Source: an uncultured Acidimicrobiales bacterium (lineage in GTDB: Bacteria; Actinomycetota; Acidimicrobiia; Acidimicrobiales; SZUA-35). Taken from it: a stretch of DNA of 64,000 nucleotides. The stretch covers positions 42,878-106,877 of the forward strand of contig CAKZXA010000004.1 of assembly GCA_937922045.1 (NCBI GenBank), written 5' to 3'. Every line of letters begins with the position of its first letter. The first letter of the stretch is position 1. The notes under the pieces are model-generated. The model did no database searches, was not told where the DNA came from, and saw nothing but the letters and a program-made list of their open reading frames with translations. The position numbers and the translations under genes were made by a program. Positions 41,236 to 50,827 of this stretch are shown in pieces.

Positions 41236-42462
41236 ATGAGCCACTCTTTCGACGCACAAGAACCTGCTAGAGGGCCGATCTCGAGCCAGGAGGTTGTGGC
41301 GTTACGAGCGGCCACACCCGGCTGCGAGAACCGCCTCCATCTCAACAATGCAGGATCCTCACTCATGTCACAGGGCGTGCTAACCGCCCAGGTCGACTAC
41401 CTCACGCTCGAGGCCCAGATCGGTGGCTATGAGGCCGCTGCGCAGCGAGCTGATCAGATCGAGAAGGTCTACGCTTCGTGTGCAAACCTCATCGGAGCTA
41501 AGCCCCATCAGGTAGCCCAGGTAGAGAATGCGACCGCGGCCTGGAATCAAGCATTCCACTCCCTTCGGCTGAGCGAAGGCGACCAGATCATCACCTCGGA
41601 GGCCGACTACGGCGCCAACTTCATCGCCTATCTCCAGGCCGCCCGCTTCAACGGTGTTGAGACGGTGATTGTGCCCAGCGATGACACCGGCGCGGTGGAT
41701 GTGAACGCCCTCGAAAACCTGATCGACGAACGAACCAAACTGATCTCGATTACCCACGCCCCAACGAATGGCGGCCTCGTGAACCCGGCCGAAGAGATCG
41801 GCGAGGTCGCTCGTAGCGCTGCGATCCCCTACCTCCTCGATGCCTGCCAGACCGTCGGCCAGCTGCCGCTCGATGTTGAACGCATCGGCTGCGACTTTCT
41901 CTCCGCTACCGGCCGCAAGTATTTGCGAGGTCCGCGCGGAACCGGCTTTCTCTATGCCAGCGACGAGATCCTGGAACGGGTTGAGCCAGCCTTTCTCGAC
42001 CACCACGGCGCCAACTGGACCGCGGTCGACGCCTACGAGGTTCGTCCCGACGCCAGGCGTTTCGAAAATTGGGAGTTCAACTATGGGGCCCTCGTCGGCC
42101 TTGGTGTCGCCGCCGACGAGGCCCTCGCCATCGGGCTCGATCGCATCGAGCAGAGGGTCAACGATCTCGCCGAAGGTCTCCGGTCACGGCTCCGAGCCCT
42201 CGACCTTGAGGTGTATGACCTCGGCCAGCGCCGATGCGGACTCGTCACCACCTCGGTTCCCGGGGTCGAGGCTGTCGAGGTGAAGCGACGATTGGCTGAA
42301 GACCACATCAACATTTCAACCTCGTCGCCGGCGTCGACGCTGATCGATGCTAGCCGTCGAGGGCTCCCGACACTGCTGCGACTTTCGGTTCACTACTACA
42401 ACACCGAGGCCGAACTCGACCGGGTCGCCGACCGACTCGCCGCCCACTACGACCTTTCCTGA
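41236..42462 (+). CDS. Class-V PLP aminotransferase / C-S lyase (cysteine desulfurase or EgtE-like)
   Basis: HLNNAG, DACQTVGQ, TGRKYLRGPRGTG, RLSVHYYN. Confidence 0.88.
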   Translation: MSHSFDAQEPARGPISSQEVVALRAATPGCENRLHLNNAGSSLMSQGVLTAQVDYLTLEAQIGGYEAAAQRADQIEKVYASCANLIGAKPHQVAQVENATAAWNQAFHSLRLSEGDQIITSEADYGANFIAYLQAARFNGVETVIVPSDDTGAVDVNALENLIDERTKLISITHAPTNGGLVNPAEEIGEVARSAAIPYLLDACQTVGQLPLDVERIGCDFLSATGRKYLRGPRGTGFLYASDEILERVEPAFLDHHGANWTAVDAYEVRPDARRFENWEFNYGALVGLGVAADEALAIGLDRIEQRVNDLAEGLRSRLRALDLEVYDLGQRRCGLVTTSVPGVEAVEVKRRLAEDHINISTSSPASTLIDASRRGLPTLLRLSVHYYNTEAELDRVADRLAAHYDLS

Positions 42463-42475
42463 CCGGTGACGGGCG

Positions 42476-43417
42476 TCAGGATCGAGCAACGGCCCTGGTA
42501 GCCGAACGCCGACGAGCCCGTTCCGAGAGGAGGGTGGCAATGATCAGGCCCGCTCCGAAGACAATCGATTCGTTGTCGATGACGCCGAGCACGTCGTTGA
42601 TCGTGGGCACCGCAACGAGCGCACCAACACCGACCAGCGCTCCGGCCAGGGTGCCGAGACCGCCTAGCACCGCGGCCGCGTAGAGCCGTAGCGACAGAAA
42701 AACATCGAACTGGGTGTGGCTGACGTAGGGAAACAGGATCGCCTGCAAAGCTCCAGCGGTTCCCGCCATGGCGGCCGACACGGCCAAGACACCGGTTTTC
42801 GTCATCGCCACCGGCACACCGAACAGGGCGGCCACCGTTTCATCATCCCGAATCGCCTGGAGAGCTCGGCCCATCCTGCTCCGGACCAGGTTTCGGGCCA
42901 GACCGAACCAGATGGCGACTACCAGGATGCAGACCCCGTAGCGCCAGATGTGCGCCTGGTCCTCGATGCCCAACCATGACGGCGGGAGAAAATCGGTCTC
43001 GACCGGGCGACCCGAAACGCCGCCGGTTACCGAACCGAGCTGACGCGCGATCGGGGGAAAGGCCAGGGCCATGCCGAACGTGATCAAGGCGAGGTATAAC
43101 CCTCGCACCCTCAGAGCGGGCAACCCGATCACCACGCCGACCGCTCCGGTGAACGCGCTCGCCGCCAGCAACGCCACCCAAATCGGAAGCCTAAGGTCGA
43201 GCAGGTTGGCCATGGTGAATGCGCCAATCCCAACAAACACGCCGTGGCCGAGCGAGACGAGCCCGGTATAGCCGGTCAAGAGGTTTACCCCGAGAACGGC
43301 CAACACCAAGACCAACAGGCGAGAAAGACGATTGAGCTGCAGCGGCGTGCTCAGCAAGGGCGCAACAGCCAGGCCGAAGACGGTGACGGCCAGGAAGACG
43401 CGACGGAGGCCGGTCAT
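42476..43417 (-). CDS. Branched-chain ABC permease, LivM-like (second copy)
   Basis: Start MTGLRR (ATGA overlap); GYTGLVSLGH, PALRVRGLYLA, AIRDDE. Confidence 0.9.
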   Translation of the reverse strand: MTGLRRVFLAVTVFGLAVAPLLSTPLQLNRLSRLLVLVLAVLGVNLLTGYTGLVSLGHGVFVGIGAFTMANLLDLRLPIWVALLAASAFTGAVGVVIGLPALRVRGLYLALITFGMALAFPPIARQLGSVTGGVSGRPVETDFLPPSWLGIEDQAHIWRYGVCILVVAIWFGLARNLVRSRMGRALQAIRDDETVAALFGVPVAMTKTGVLAVSAAMAGTAGALQAILFPYVSHTQFDVFLSLRLYAAAVLGGLGTLAGALVGVGALVAVPTINDVLGVIDNESIVFGAGLIIATLLSERARRRSATRAVARS

Positions 43418-44355
43418 ACCCGTTCCACCGGAACCGTGCCGAACAATCCATGAGGCCGAAAAAGCAGCACGAGCACCATGGCCACAAGGGGCGGCAACAG
43501 ACTGAGCTCGGACGGAACACCGAGATAGCCGGGCACCAGACTCTGTGATAGCCCGACGATCAGACCGCCGAAGATAGCACCGCGTGGGCTGTCGAGGCCA
43601 CCAATGGTGGCGGCGGCCAGGGCGTAGATCAGCATCTTCATCATGGTCAACGGCTCCAGCACGATGGCGCCGCCGACGAGGGAGGCAGCCAATGCGCCGA
43701 TCCCGGCCGCTATACCCCAGCCCAGCATGAGGCTGCGTCGCACCCGCACGCCGACGAGTTCGGCGGAGTCTCGGTTGGAGGTGATGGCGCGGAAGGCCAG
43801 ACCGGTTTTGGTATAGCGAAGCAGCACGCCGAGGGCGACGATCACAACGAGCAGCACCGCCCATACACCGAGCGTGGTATAGCGCAGTCGGGCACCAGCG
43901 ATCAGGAAGTGGTCATTCATCCCCGATGGGAACGGACTCGGGAACGACCGGCCGAACGGACCCCAGATCTGGAGGACCAGCCCGTTGAGCAATACGAGCA
44001 GGCCGATGGTCACATTCACCTGGGCCAGCGGTGATCCGTCGCCCAGTGGGCGCATCAACAGTTCCTCCACCAGAGCACCGAGCGCGAACCCGACTAACAC
44101 CGCACCGGTGATAGCTAGCCACGTCGGCCAGGGGTGCCCGGGCAGGAGCGAGCCGATCGACTGGGTACCAGCGATGCCGCTGTCGCTTGAGGAAAGAAAC
44201 ACCAGGGCGATATAGCCACACATCATGGCCATCTCGCCTTGGGCGAAGTTCAGAAGCCCCGTAGCTCGAAAGATCATCACGAGAGCGACGGCCAACGAGG
44301 CGTAAATCGCACCATTAAACATGCCGTCGAAACAGCGTTGAACGAAGAGTTCCAT
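43414..44355 (-). CDS. Branched-chain ABC permease, LivH-like (second copy)
   Basis: NFAQGE, GLAFRA, GGLDS, RPHGLFG. Confidence 0.93.
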   Translation of the reverse strand: MELFVQRCFDGMFNGAIYASLAVALVMIFRATGLLNFAQGEMAMMCGYIALVFLSSSDSGIAGTQSIGSLLPGHPWPTWLAITGAVLVGFALGALVEELLMRPLGDGSPLAQVNVTIGLLVLLNGLVLQIWGPFGRSFPSPFPSGMNDHFLIAGARLRYTTLGVWAVLLVVIVALGVLLRYTKTGLAFRAITSNRDSAELVGVRVRRSLMLGWGIAAGIGALAASLVGGAIVLEPLTMMKMLIYALAAATIGGLDSPRGAIFGGLIVGLSQSLVPGYLGVPSELSLLPPLVAMVLVLLFRPHGLFGTVPVERV

Positions 44356-44391
44356 GAACCGGGTTATCTCAGATCCTGCGTCGAAAACAGA

Positions 44392-44431
44392 CCGTGGGTG
44401 CCGACAGTTCGGAAACTGCCGACACCCACGG
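44392..44431 (-). terminator. 18-bp hairpin directly after the Liv SBP gene
   Basis: Minus strand ccgtgggtgtcggcagtt-tccg-aactgtcggcacccacgg pairs fully with two G-U pairs (these are mismatches on plus); tctgtttt follows. Confidence 0.75.
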
Positions 44432-44463
44432 ACCTACGAATTACTGTTTACAAGTAGCTACTA

Positions 44464-46062
44464 CTAGCAGCCTTCGCCGGCTACCCAGGCGCAGTTGGTT
44501 GACTGACCGTTGAGGTCGATCACGCCACCCTGCTGGACCCAGGTTTGGCTGGCAGCATCGAACTTCGACACATCGGAGCCTTCCACCAGGTAAGCATCCT
44601 CGGCGCCATTGGCCGAGAAATCGATGCCCTCGAGCAGGGCGGGGTGGTTCACGTCGAGCGAACGCACGGCCAGCATGAGGTTGGTTCGGGTGAGTCCACC
44701 ATCGAGCTCAGCGGCGATGCGCAGCGCTTCAACCTGTGACCAACCGAACTGGCCAACGCCAGAACCAACCAACGAGTTGTTGGAATCGAGGCCAGCGTCG
44801 TCGATCAGCTGGTTCATCCAGCTGATGTAAACATCGTCAACGTACTGCGGATCGGTGTTGTCTTTCCAACCGCCACCGATGATGTACCAGCCTTCAGCTG
44901 CGTCCTCGGCCGGAGCCATGTAGGACGAAACGGCCTTACATACCGATGGGGTGAAGACAGCCTTGGCGTTGGTGGTAATACCAGCGCGGGCTGCCTCTTG
45001 AATGGCGAGCAGGCAAGGGTTACCAGCAGTCATCGAGATGAAGACGTCGGCGTTCTCGGCGGCCAGCGTGGTGACCTCATTGGTCAGCGTGGCTGCGGCC
45101 GGATCGTGACGAACGAACTCGACCTTTTCAATAACGTCGGACGCTTCGACGAAACGGTCAAAGCCCTGCTCGTAAGCGAGGCCGAAGTCGTTGTCCATCA
45201 CCAGGGCGGCGACCGTAATCGGGGCGTCGCCGGAAAGGTTCTGTTCAATCCAGGAACCCCACAGCAGTGCCTCAGCGGCGTAGGACAGCTGAAGGCCAGT
45301 CGTCCAAGGGTTGTTGTCCGGGTCGCCCCAGGCCTGGTGGCCTGTCTGGACCATTGGCTGAGGAACGCACAGCTCGTTCAGCTTGGGCTGAACCGAGAAT
45401 GTGTTAGGCGAACCAAGCGTGGTGATGTAAAACGGATCCTCGGTCTGCAGGAGCTCGTCGACGAGTTCCTGCGTCTTGGTAGCAACGTACTCGTCGTCCT
45501 TGGCAAGCAGTTCGATCTGAAGGCCATCGGGGCCGATGCCACCGTTCTCGTTCACGTAGTCGAAGTAGGCACCCATACCGAAGGTGATGTTGCCGTAAGC
45601 GGCTAGCGAGCCCGACTGAGCGATGGTATGACCGATCTTGACCGTGCCGTCGACGACGCCGCCGGTGTCGGACCAATCGCTTGGGCAGTTGTTGAGGTCG
45701 ATCTCCATGCCGGCTGGGCCGGTGAGGATGTTGGTGTCAGGATCGACACCGTAGCCGTTGGCCTTGATATCGGCCACGATCTCGGCTCGACGTGCTGCCC
45801 ACTCAGCTTCGAGGTCTTCGATGCTGGCAGCACCGGAAGCTTCTTCAGCTTCGCCTTCAGCCGCTTCTTCCATGGCTTCGGCCGTAGCGTCGTCGTCTGC
45901 CGCTCCACCGACTTCTTCCTCGGCCTCGGTTGATGACTCTTCTTCGGTGGAGTCGGCCGCTTCGGTCGACGCCTCGTCTTCAGTTGATGAGCCGCCGCAG
46001 GCTGCCGCGATGAGGCTGAGCCCCGCGAGCAGCGCCACCAGGCGCAATAGTCGTTTACTCAT
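44464..46062 (-). CDS. Branched-chain-type ABC substrate-binding lipoprotein
   Basis: Lipobox LIAAAC, acidic linker, KIGHTIAQSG, YVNENGGI, KDDEY, LGSP. Confidence 0.92.
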   Translation of the reverse strand: MSKRLLRLVALLAGLSLIAAACGGSSTEDEASTEAADSTEEESSTEAEEEVGGAADDDATAEAMEEAAEGEAEEASGAASIEDLEAEWAARRAEIVADIKANGYGVDPDTNILTGPAGMEIDLNNCPSDWSDTGGVVDGTVKIGHTIAQSGSLAAYGNITFGMGAYFDYVNENGGIGPDGLQIELLAKDDEYVATKTQELVDELLQTEDPFYITTLGSPNTFSVQPKLNELCVPQPMVQTGHQAWGDPDNNPWTTGLQLSYAAEALLWGSWIEQNLSGDAPITVAALVMDNDFGLAYEQGFDRFVEASDVIEKVEFVRHDPAAATLTNEVTTLAAENADVFISMTAGNPCLLAIQEAARAGITTNAKAVFTPSVCKAVSSYMAPAEDAAEGWYIIGGGWKDNTDPQYVDDVYISWMNQLIDDAGLDSNNSLVGSGVGQFGWSQVEALRIAAELDGGLTRTNLMLAVRSLDVNHPALLEGIDFSANGAEDAYLVEGSDVSKFDAASQTWVQQGGVIDLNGQSTNCAWVAGEGC

Positions 46063-46186
46063 TTAAGAGCCTCCCAGTTGATTTTGGTTCGAAACTCCAC
46101 CCTGCGTGGAGTAGCGATTGGTTGCTTCATAGCGAATGGTGGTTCATAGAGAACATTAGTCATATTCTGCGGCCGATCTCGATCAC

Positions 46187-47317
46187 CTAGCGACTGGCCT
46201 CAGCCACGACAGCGGTGGCCGAATCCGAATCTGAAATCGACTCGGCTCCGTCGGGCAGAGCCGGCGGCGTCGGGGTGACCTGGAACAGCTTGTTCTTAAT
46301 CTTTGTCACAAAGCCGGCGATACCCCGAGGGGCAAAGAACACCACGATAATAAGAATCGAGCCGAAGATTGCCTGAGCCAGCGGACCAGCACCGTCGATC
46401 GTGTAGAAACCGAGCGGGATCTGTAGGCCCTTAACAAACTCCTTCACAAACACCACGACAAGGGCGCCGTAGATAGGCCCAGACAGCGACGCAACACCGC
46501 CCACCACGAGGGCCACCAGCAGGTCGACCATCAAGACGAAGGTGTAATCCTGTTCGGCAACAAATCCGGTGTTCATGGCCCACATCGAGCCAGCGAGACC
46601 ACCGAGCGCAGCGCTGATACCGAAGTTCAGCACCTTGGTTCGTCGCAGATTGACACCGCTGACGGCGGCACCTGTCTCGTTGTCACGGATAGCCACGATC
46701 GCTCGACCGGGACGACTCTTGAGCAGATTGGCCACCCCAAGAAACGCCAAGACGGCGAGGAACAGGATCGGGAAGTAGCGGAAGCGCGCTGGGTCTTCGG
46801 TGCTGAAACCAAGGTCCTGCGCCCACTGCGGAGGCATGAACTTCGGCTGCACGTTCTTACCGTTGACGCCACCGGTTCGTTCGGCGATCCCCCACAGTTC
46901 AAGTTTGGCCAAGCCAGGGAAAGCGGCGGCAAAGGCCACCGTCGCCATGGCTAGATACAGCCCCTTGATCCGTAGAGCCGGGATACCCAGCAGCAAGCCA
47001 CAGACAAACGCACCGATCATGGCGAACGGAATCGTGAAGTAGTAGCTCATGCCTTCGTCAGCGACCAAGCTGGCGGTGATGAAGGCGCCGATAGCGATGA
47101 ACGCACTCTGACAGAGAGCGAGCAAGCCTGCGTAGCCAACGACCAGGTTGAGGCCGAGAACGGCAACAGCCATCAGGATGGCACGGTTAGTTCGGCCAAC
47201 CAGCCACTCCGGAAGCACAAATGGAATGACAAAGAGCACGAACGCCAGCAGACCGAAACCGACCAATTTCGTCAGTCGATGCTGCGAGCTTCCCTGTTGA
47301 ACACGGATTGGAAACAT
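46187..47317 (-). CDS. Branched-chain ABC permease, LivM-like
   Basis: GLNLVVGYAG, PALRIKGLYLA, AIRDNE, APRGIAG. Confidence 0.93.
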   Translation of the reverse strand: MFPIRVQQGSSQHRLTKLVGFGLLAFVLFVIPFVLPEWLVGRTNRAILMAVAVLGLNLVVGYAGLLALCQSAFIAIGAFITASLVADEGMSYYFTIPFAMIGAFVCGLLLGIPALRIKGLYLAMATVAFAAAFPGLAKLELWGIAERTGGVNGKNVQPKFMPPQWAQDLGFSTEDPARFRYFPILFLAVLAFLGVANLLKSRPGRAIVAIRDNETGAAVSGVNLRRTKVLNFGISAALGGLAGSMWAMNTGFVAEQDYTFVLMVDLLVALVVGGVASLSGPIYGALVVVFVKEFVKGLQIPLGFYTIDGAGPLAQAIFGSILIIVVFFAPRGIAGFVTKIKNKLFQVTPTPPALPDGAESISDSDSATAVVAEASR

Positions 47318-47329
47318 TGTGGCGTCCTC

Positions 47330-48250
47330 CTAGACCCGCTCGACCCGTTTGGTTCCGAACAGCCCGGAGGGGCGGAACCAAAGAGTACCCAGCAGCAACA
47401 ACAGTGGCGGAATGAGCGGTGTCGCCCGGAAATCCTTAAAGGCGTCGATGTCGGTAAGAAAACCGAGACCGACGCTATTGATCAGGCCGACAGCAAGACC
47501 GCCGATGGCGGCGCCCAGAACGCTATCGAGGCCACCGAAAGCAGCTGCGGCCAGAGCGTAGACAAGGACAAAGGCCATCATCTGCGGCTGCAGCGTGATA
47601 CGGGGGGCCACCAGGATGGCGCCGAGCGTTCCAAAGGCACAGGCCAAGGCCCAACCGAAGCTGAGTACACGTCCGACACGGATGCCGACAAGTCGCGAGG
47701 ACTCCGAGTTGGAGGAGACCGCTCGAAACGCCAAGCCCATCTTTGTCTTGTTCAGGATCACATAAATGACGCTGAGCATGAGCAAGAGGCTGAGCGTGAT
47801 ACCGACCGCATCGTAGAAGAGGTTGGCACCACCGATCGTCCACTTGTCATCGAAGTTGTTCGGGAACAGGCTCGGCATGATCCGCGGCTGGTAGTTCCAA
47901 ATCTGGCCAGCCAAGGCATTCACGATATAGAAGACCCCGAGCGTGATCAGCACGACCGGTAAGTGGTCGTCTGGGTCGAACGATCGCAGAAGCGCTCGCT
48001 CGATGCCCATGCCGAGAAGGGCCGAGAGGGCCATAGCGAAGATGATGGCGAGCACCATCGGCAGCTGTAGCGCCTGTACGGCAAAGACATAGGCGAAGAA
48101 GGCACCGATCATCGCCAACTCGCCTTGGGCGAAGTTGATGAGCGTGGTTGCCTTGAAGATCAGCACCATGGCCACCGCTACGGTGGCGTACACGGCACCG
48201 GTCGAGACACCGTCAAAGATGCGCTGAAGTAAGAGTGTTGATGTACTCAT
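47330..48250 (-). CDS. Branched-chain ABC permease, LivH-like
   Basis: INFAQGE, GLAFRA, RPSGLFG. Confidence 0.93.
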   Translation of the reverse strand: MSTSTLLLQRIFDGVSTGAVYATVAVAMVLIFKATTLINFAQGELAMIGAFFAYVFAVQALQLPMVLAIIFAMALSALLGMGIERALLRSFDPDDHLPVVLITLGVFYIVNALAGQIWNYQPRIMPSLFPNNFDDKWTIGGANLFYDAVGITLSLLLMLSVIYVILNKTKMGLAFRAVSSNSESSRLVGIRVGRVLSFGWALACAFGTLGAILVAPRITLQPQMMAFVLVYALAAAAFGGLDSVLGAAIGGLAVGLINSVGLGFLTDIDAFKDFRATPLIPPLLLLLGTLWFRPSGLFGTKRVERV

Positions 48251-48331
48251 TGGGCTCCTCCTAGCTCACGCAGGCTTGGGTTGATGGCCGACAGAAAAAG
48301 AGACGGCCCGGACAGCGGAATTGGGTTCGTA

Positions 48332-49054
48332 TCACGCACCGAGGTAAGCCTCCTGAACGGCGGGGTCATTCTTGAGCTTCTCGGCATCGCCAGCCAGCGC
48401 GATTTCGCCAGCCTCAAGCACATAGCCACGGTCGGCGATGTTGAGTGCCAAGTTGGCGTTCTGCTCGACGATGAGCATGGTCACGCCCTCCTCTGAGTTG
48501 AGGCGAGAGAAGGTATCGAAGAGATTCTCGATGATGATGGGGGCCAAGCCGAGCGACGGCTCGTCGAGCAGCAACAACTTGGGCCGTGACATCAAGGCTC
48601 GAGAGACGGCGAGCATCTGCTGCTCACCACCGGAGAGAGAACCAGCGGTTTGATTGCGGCGCTCCTTGAGCACCGGGAACATGTCGAACCAGCGGGTGAT
48701 GTCTTCTTCGATGGCCTTGCGATCCTTGCGGACGTAGGCACCGATCATCAGGTTGTCATAGGTCGACAACTCAGGGAACGTTCCCCGACCCTGTGGCACA
48801 TGGGCCAGGCCACGGGCGACGATCGAACCGGTATCGGCGTTCGATACGTCGACGCCGTCGACTTCAATCGTGCCCGACGAATCGACGATAGGCATATTGC
48901 AGATCGAGCGAAGCGTTGTCGTCTTGCCGGAGCCATTGGCGCCGAGCACCACGACGACTTCGCCTTCACCCACTTCGAAGTTAAGGCCGCGCAGCACATC
49001 GATCTGGCCGTAACTCGCCTCCAAGTTCGAGACTCGCAATGTTGGTGTCGTCAT
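48332..49054 (-). CDS. Branched-chain ABC ATPase, LivF-like
   Basis: GANGSGKT, LSGGEQQML, DEPSLGLAP, VQEAYLG. Confidence 0.95.
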   Translation of the reverse strand: MTTPTLRVSNLEASYGQIDVLRGLNFEVGEGEVVVVLGANGSGKTTTLRSICNMPIVDSSGTIEVDGVDVSNADTGSIVARGLAHVPQGRGTFPELSTYDNLMIGAYVRKDRKAIEEDITRWFDMFPVLKERRNQTAGSLSGGEQQMLAVSRALMSRPKLLLLDEPSLGLAPIIIENLFDTFSRLNSEEGVTMLIVEQNANLALNIADRGYVLEAGEIALAGDAEKLKNDPAVQEAYLGA

Positions 49055-49815
49055 GCTGCTTGACCTCCGAGATAGGCGGCGATCACGTCGGGGTTATTGC
49101 GGACGATGCCTGGATCGCCTTCGGCGATCTTCTTGCCGAAGTTCATGACGACGATCTTCTCCGAGATCGCCATCACCATGCGCATATGGTGCTCGACCAG
49201 GAGCACGGTCAGGTTGTACTTGTCGCGCAGCGCCTTGATGTCGCCCGCCAGGTCGTCGACCTCGGCATGGGTGAGACCACTCGCTGGCTCATCGAGCATC
49301 AATATCTTCGGATCGCCGACGAGGGCTCGTGCCAGTTCGATTCGCTTCAGCGTTCCGAAGGGAAGGCCAGCGGCAGGATGAAAGGCATGCTGATGAAGAT
49401 CCAGCTCGTGGAGGGCGGCGTAGGAGCGCTCCTCAAGATCCTTCTCTTCGGCCTTGGTACCGAACTTCAGCATCGACTTTACGAAGCCAGACTTGGTGTT
49501 GGCGTGGCCACCCACCATGACGTTCTCCAGCACGGTCAGACCGGGCCACAACGCGAGGTTCTGGAAAGTCCGATACACGCCCTGGGCACTGATGTCGTGC
49601 GGGGCGAGAGCGAGTAGATCTTTGCCGTCGAAGGTAACGGAACCTTCGGTCGGGTCATAGATTCGGCTAACGACGTTGAACAACGTCGTCTTTCCTGCAC
49701 CATTCGGGCCGATAAGTCCACAAATCTGACCTTCGTCGATTGTGAACGTCAATCCGTCCAGTGCCAAGATGCCGCCAAATCGGACCGTGATATCACGGAC
49801 GTCCAGCATTGCCAT
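49051..49815 (-). CDS. Branched-chain ABC ATPase, LivG-like
   Basis: GPNGAGKT, RTFQN, LPFGTLKRIE, VIAAYLG. Confidence 0.95.
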   Translation of the reverse strand: MAMLDVRDITVRFGGILALDGLTFTIDEGQICGLIGPNGAGKTTLFNVVSRIYDPTEGSVTFDGKDLLALAPHDISAQGVYRTFQNLALWPGLTVLENVMVGGHANTKSGFVKSMLKFGTKAEEKDLEERSYAALHELDLHQHAFHPAAGLPFGTLKRIELARALVGDPKILMLDEPASGLTHAEVDDLAGDIKALRDKYNLTVLLVEHHMRMVMAISEKIVVMNFGKKIAEGDPGIVRNNPDVIAAYLGGQAA

Positions 49816-50014
49816 GTGGTCAGCTCCCCCTATTCGTCGTCGTGACGTACGAATGACCTAGCTCGGTTGTGCGTTCGCACTCATTAGGTCCTCTATGTAT
49901 TAACGCAGTTGGCTCAGGGCCGCAACTTCACAAGGATGACAGTTCAGCAACGGCTGTAAACCAGCGACAAGCAATTCTGACCCATTTACCACTTCCCAAG
50001 CGGACGGGAGACCC

Positions 50015-50725
50015 CTACGCTCCCGCATCGTCGACAGCGGTGGTGACGTCGACCGGTGGCTCGGTAATCGAGAAGCGCTCAAGAACGTCGGCGTCGCTCA
50101 TCGACATCACCACGTCCAACAAGGCGCCAGGATAGTGAAGCGATGGTTTGCGTGGGTCGAGCGCTGGCTGTGCTACGGCGGTGGATGGGCGCTCGTAGGG
50201 CGCCGGATGCTTCATGGCTTCGACCTCATCGATCGAGATGCCGCACAGGTCGCGAACCTCGGGATCGATCCACGCTTCCTCATCGATTCCAGCGCCACAG
50301 CTGATCTCCAAACTCAGGCCCTCCGGGCCGGCGAAGTAGATCGACTGCACCATGCCATGGTCGATCGGCCCAAGAACCTGAACGCCTCGGTTCCGGATGC
50401 GATCGCGCATAGCCAAGACCCCGTCCAGGTCATCCATATGAAGGGCCACATGTTGCATGGCGCCTCCTGCCACCGGCGACGCAGCATTGCCAGCGTGGGT
50501 CACTCCCCATTCGATCGAGTCGGGGTTCTGCGGATGCTGCACAAAGGCGACATAGCTATCGGCGGCCAGTTCGACGAAGCCATGGATCGCATCGGGAACA
50601 CCGTGCATCCAGTAGAGCGCTTTGAGAGGACAGCCCAGTACGTCGCACCAGAACTCGAGCTGGGCTTTCATGTTGGTGGTCGACAAGGCCAGATGGTTGA
50701 CGCCTGAGGGGTGTAGTGACGGCAT
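50015..50725 (-). CDS. VOC/glyoxalase-family protein
   Basis: GVNHLAL, QHVAL, SIYFAGPEGLSLE; start MPSLHP after GACAAT-N6. Confidence 0.88.
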   Translation of the reverse strand: MPSLHPSGVNHLALSTTNMKAQLEFWCDVLGCPLKALYWMHGVPDAIHGFVELAADSYVAFVQHPQNPDSIEWGVTHAGNAASPVAGGAMQHVALHMDDLDGVLAMRDRIRNRGVQVLGPIDHGMVQSIYFAGPEGLSLEISCGAGIDEEAWIDPEVRDLCGISIDEVEAMKHPAPYERPSTAVAQPALDPRKPSLHYPGALLDVVMSMSDADVLERFSITEPPVDVTTAVDDAGA

Positions 50726-50827
50726 GGGACCATTGTCGTCGATCTGATCGGGCTCCACCAGAGCAAGCTGGTAGACCACCTGGCTTGGGTAGACCACATG
50801 GCTAGCCGACTCTGATAGACAGGACTT

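Noticed and set aside
41236..42462. Class-V PLP enzyme as a selenocysteine lyase serving the selenoprotein
   Set aside because: It lies 11 kb away and has no obvious catalytic-Cys loop of SufS/CsdB type; no evidence of linkage
42476..43864. Extended N-termini in the ORF track (also 4081, 13030, 38570, 39159, 41259, 51712, 62309)
   Set aside because: The extensions overlap neighbours or look non-protein-like; internal starts with an RBS, stop/start overlap or -10 box fit better
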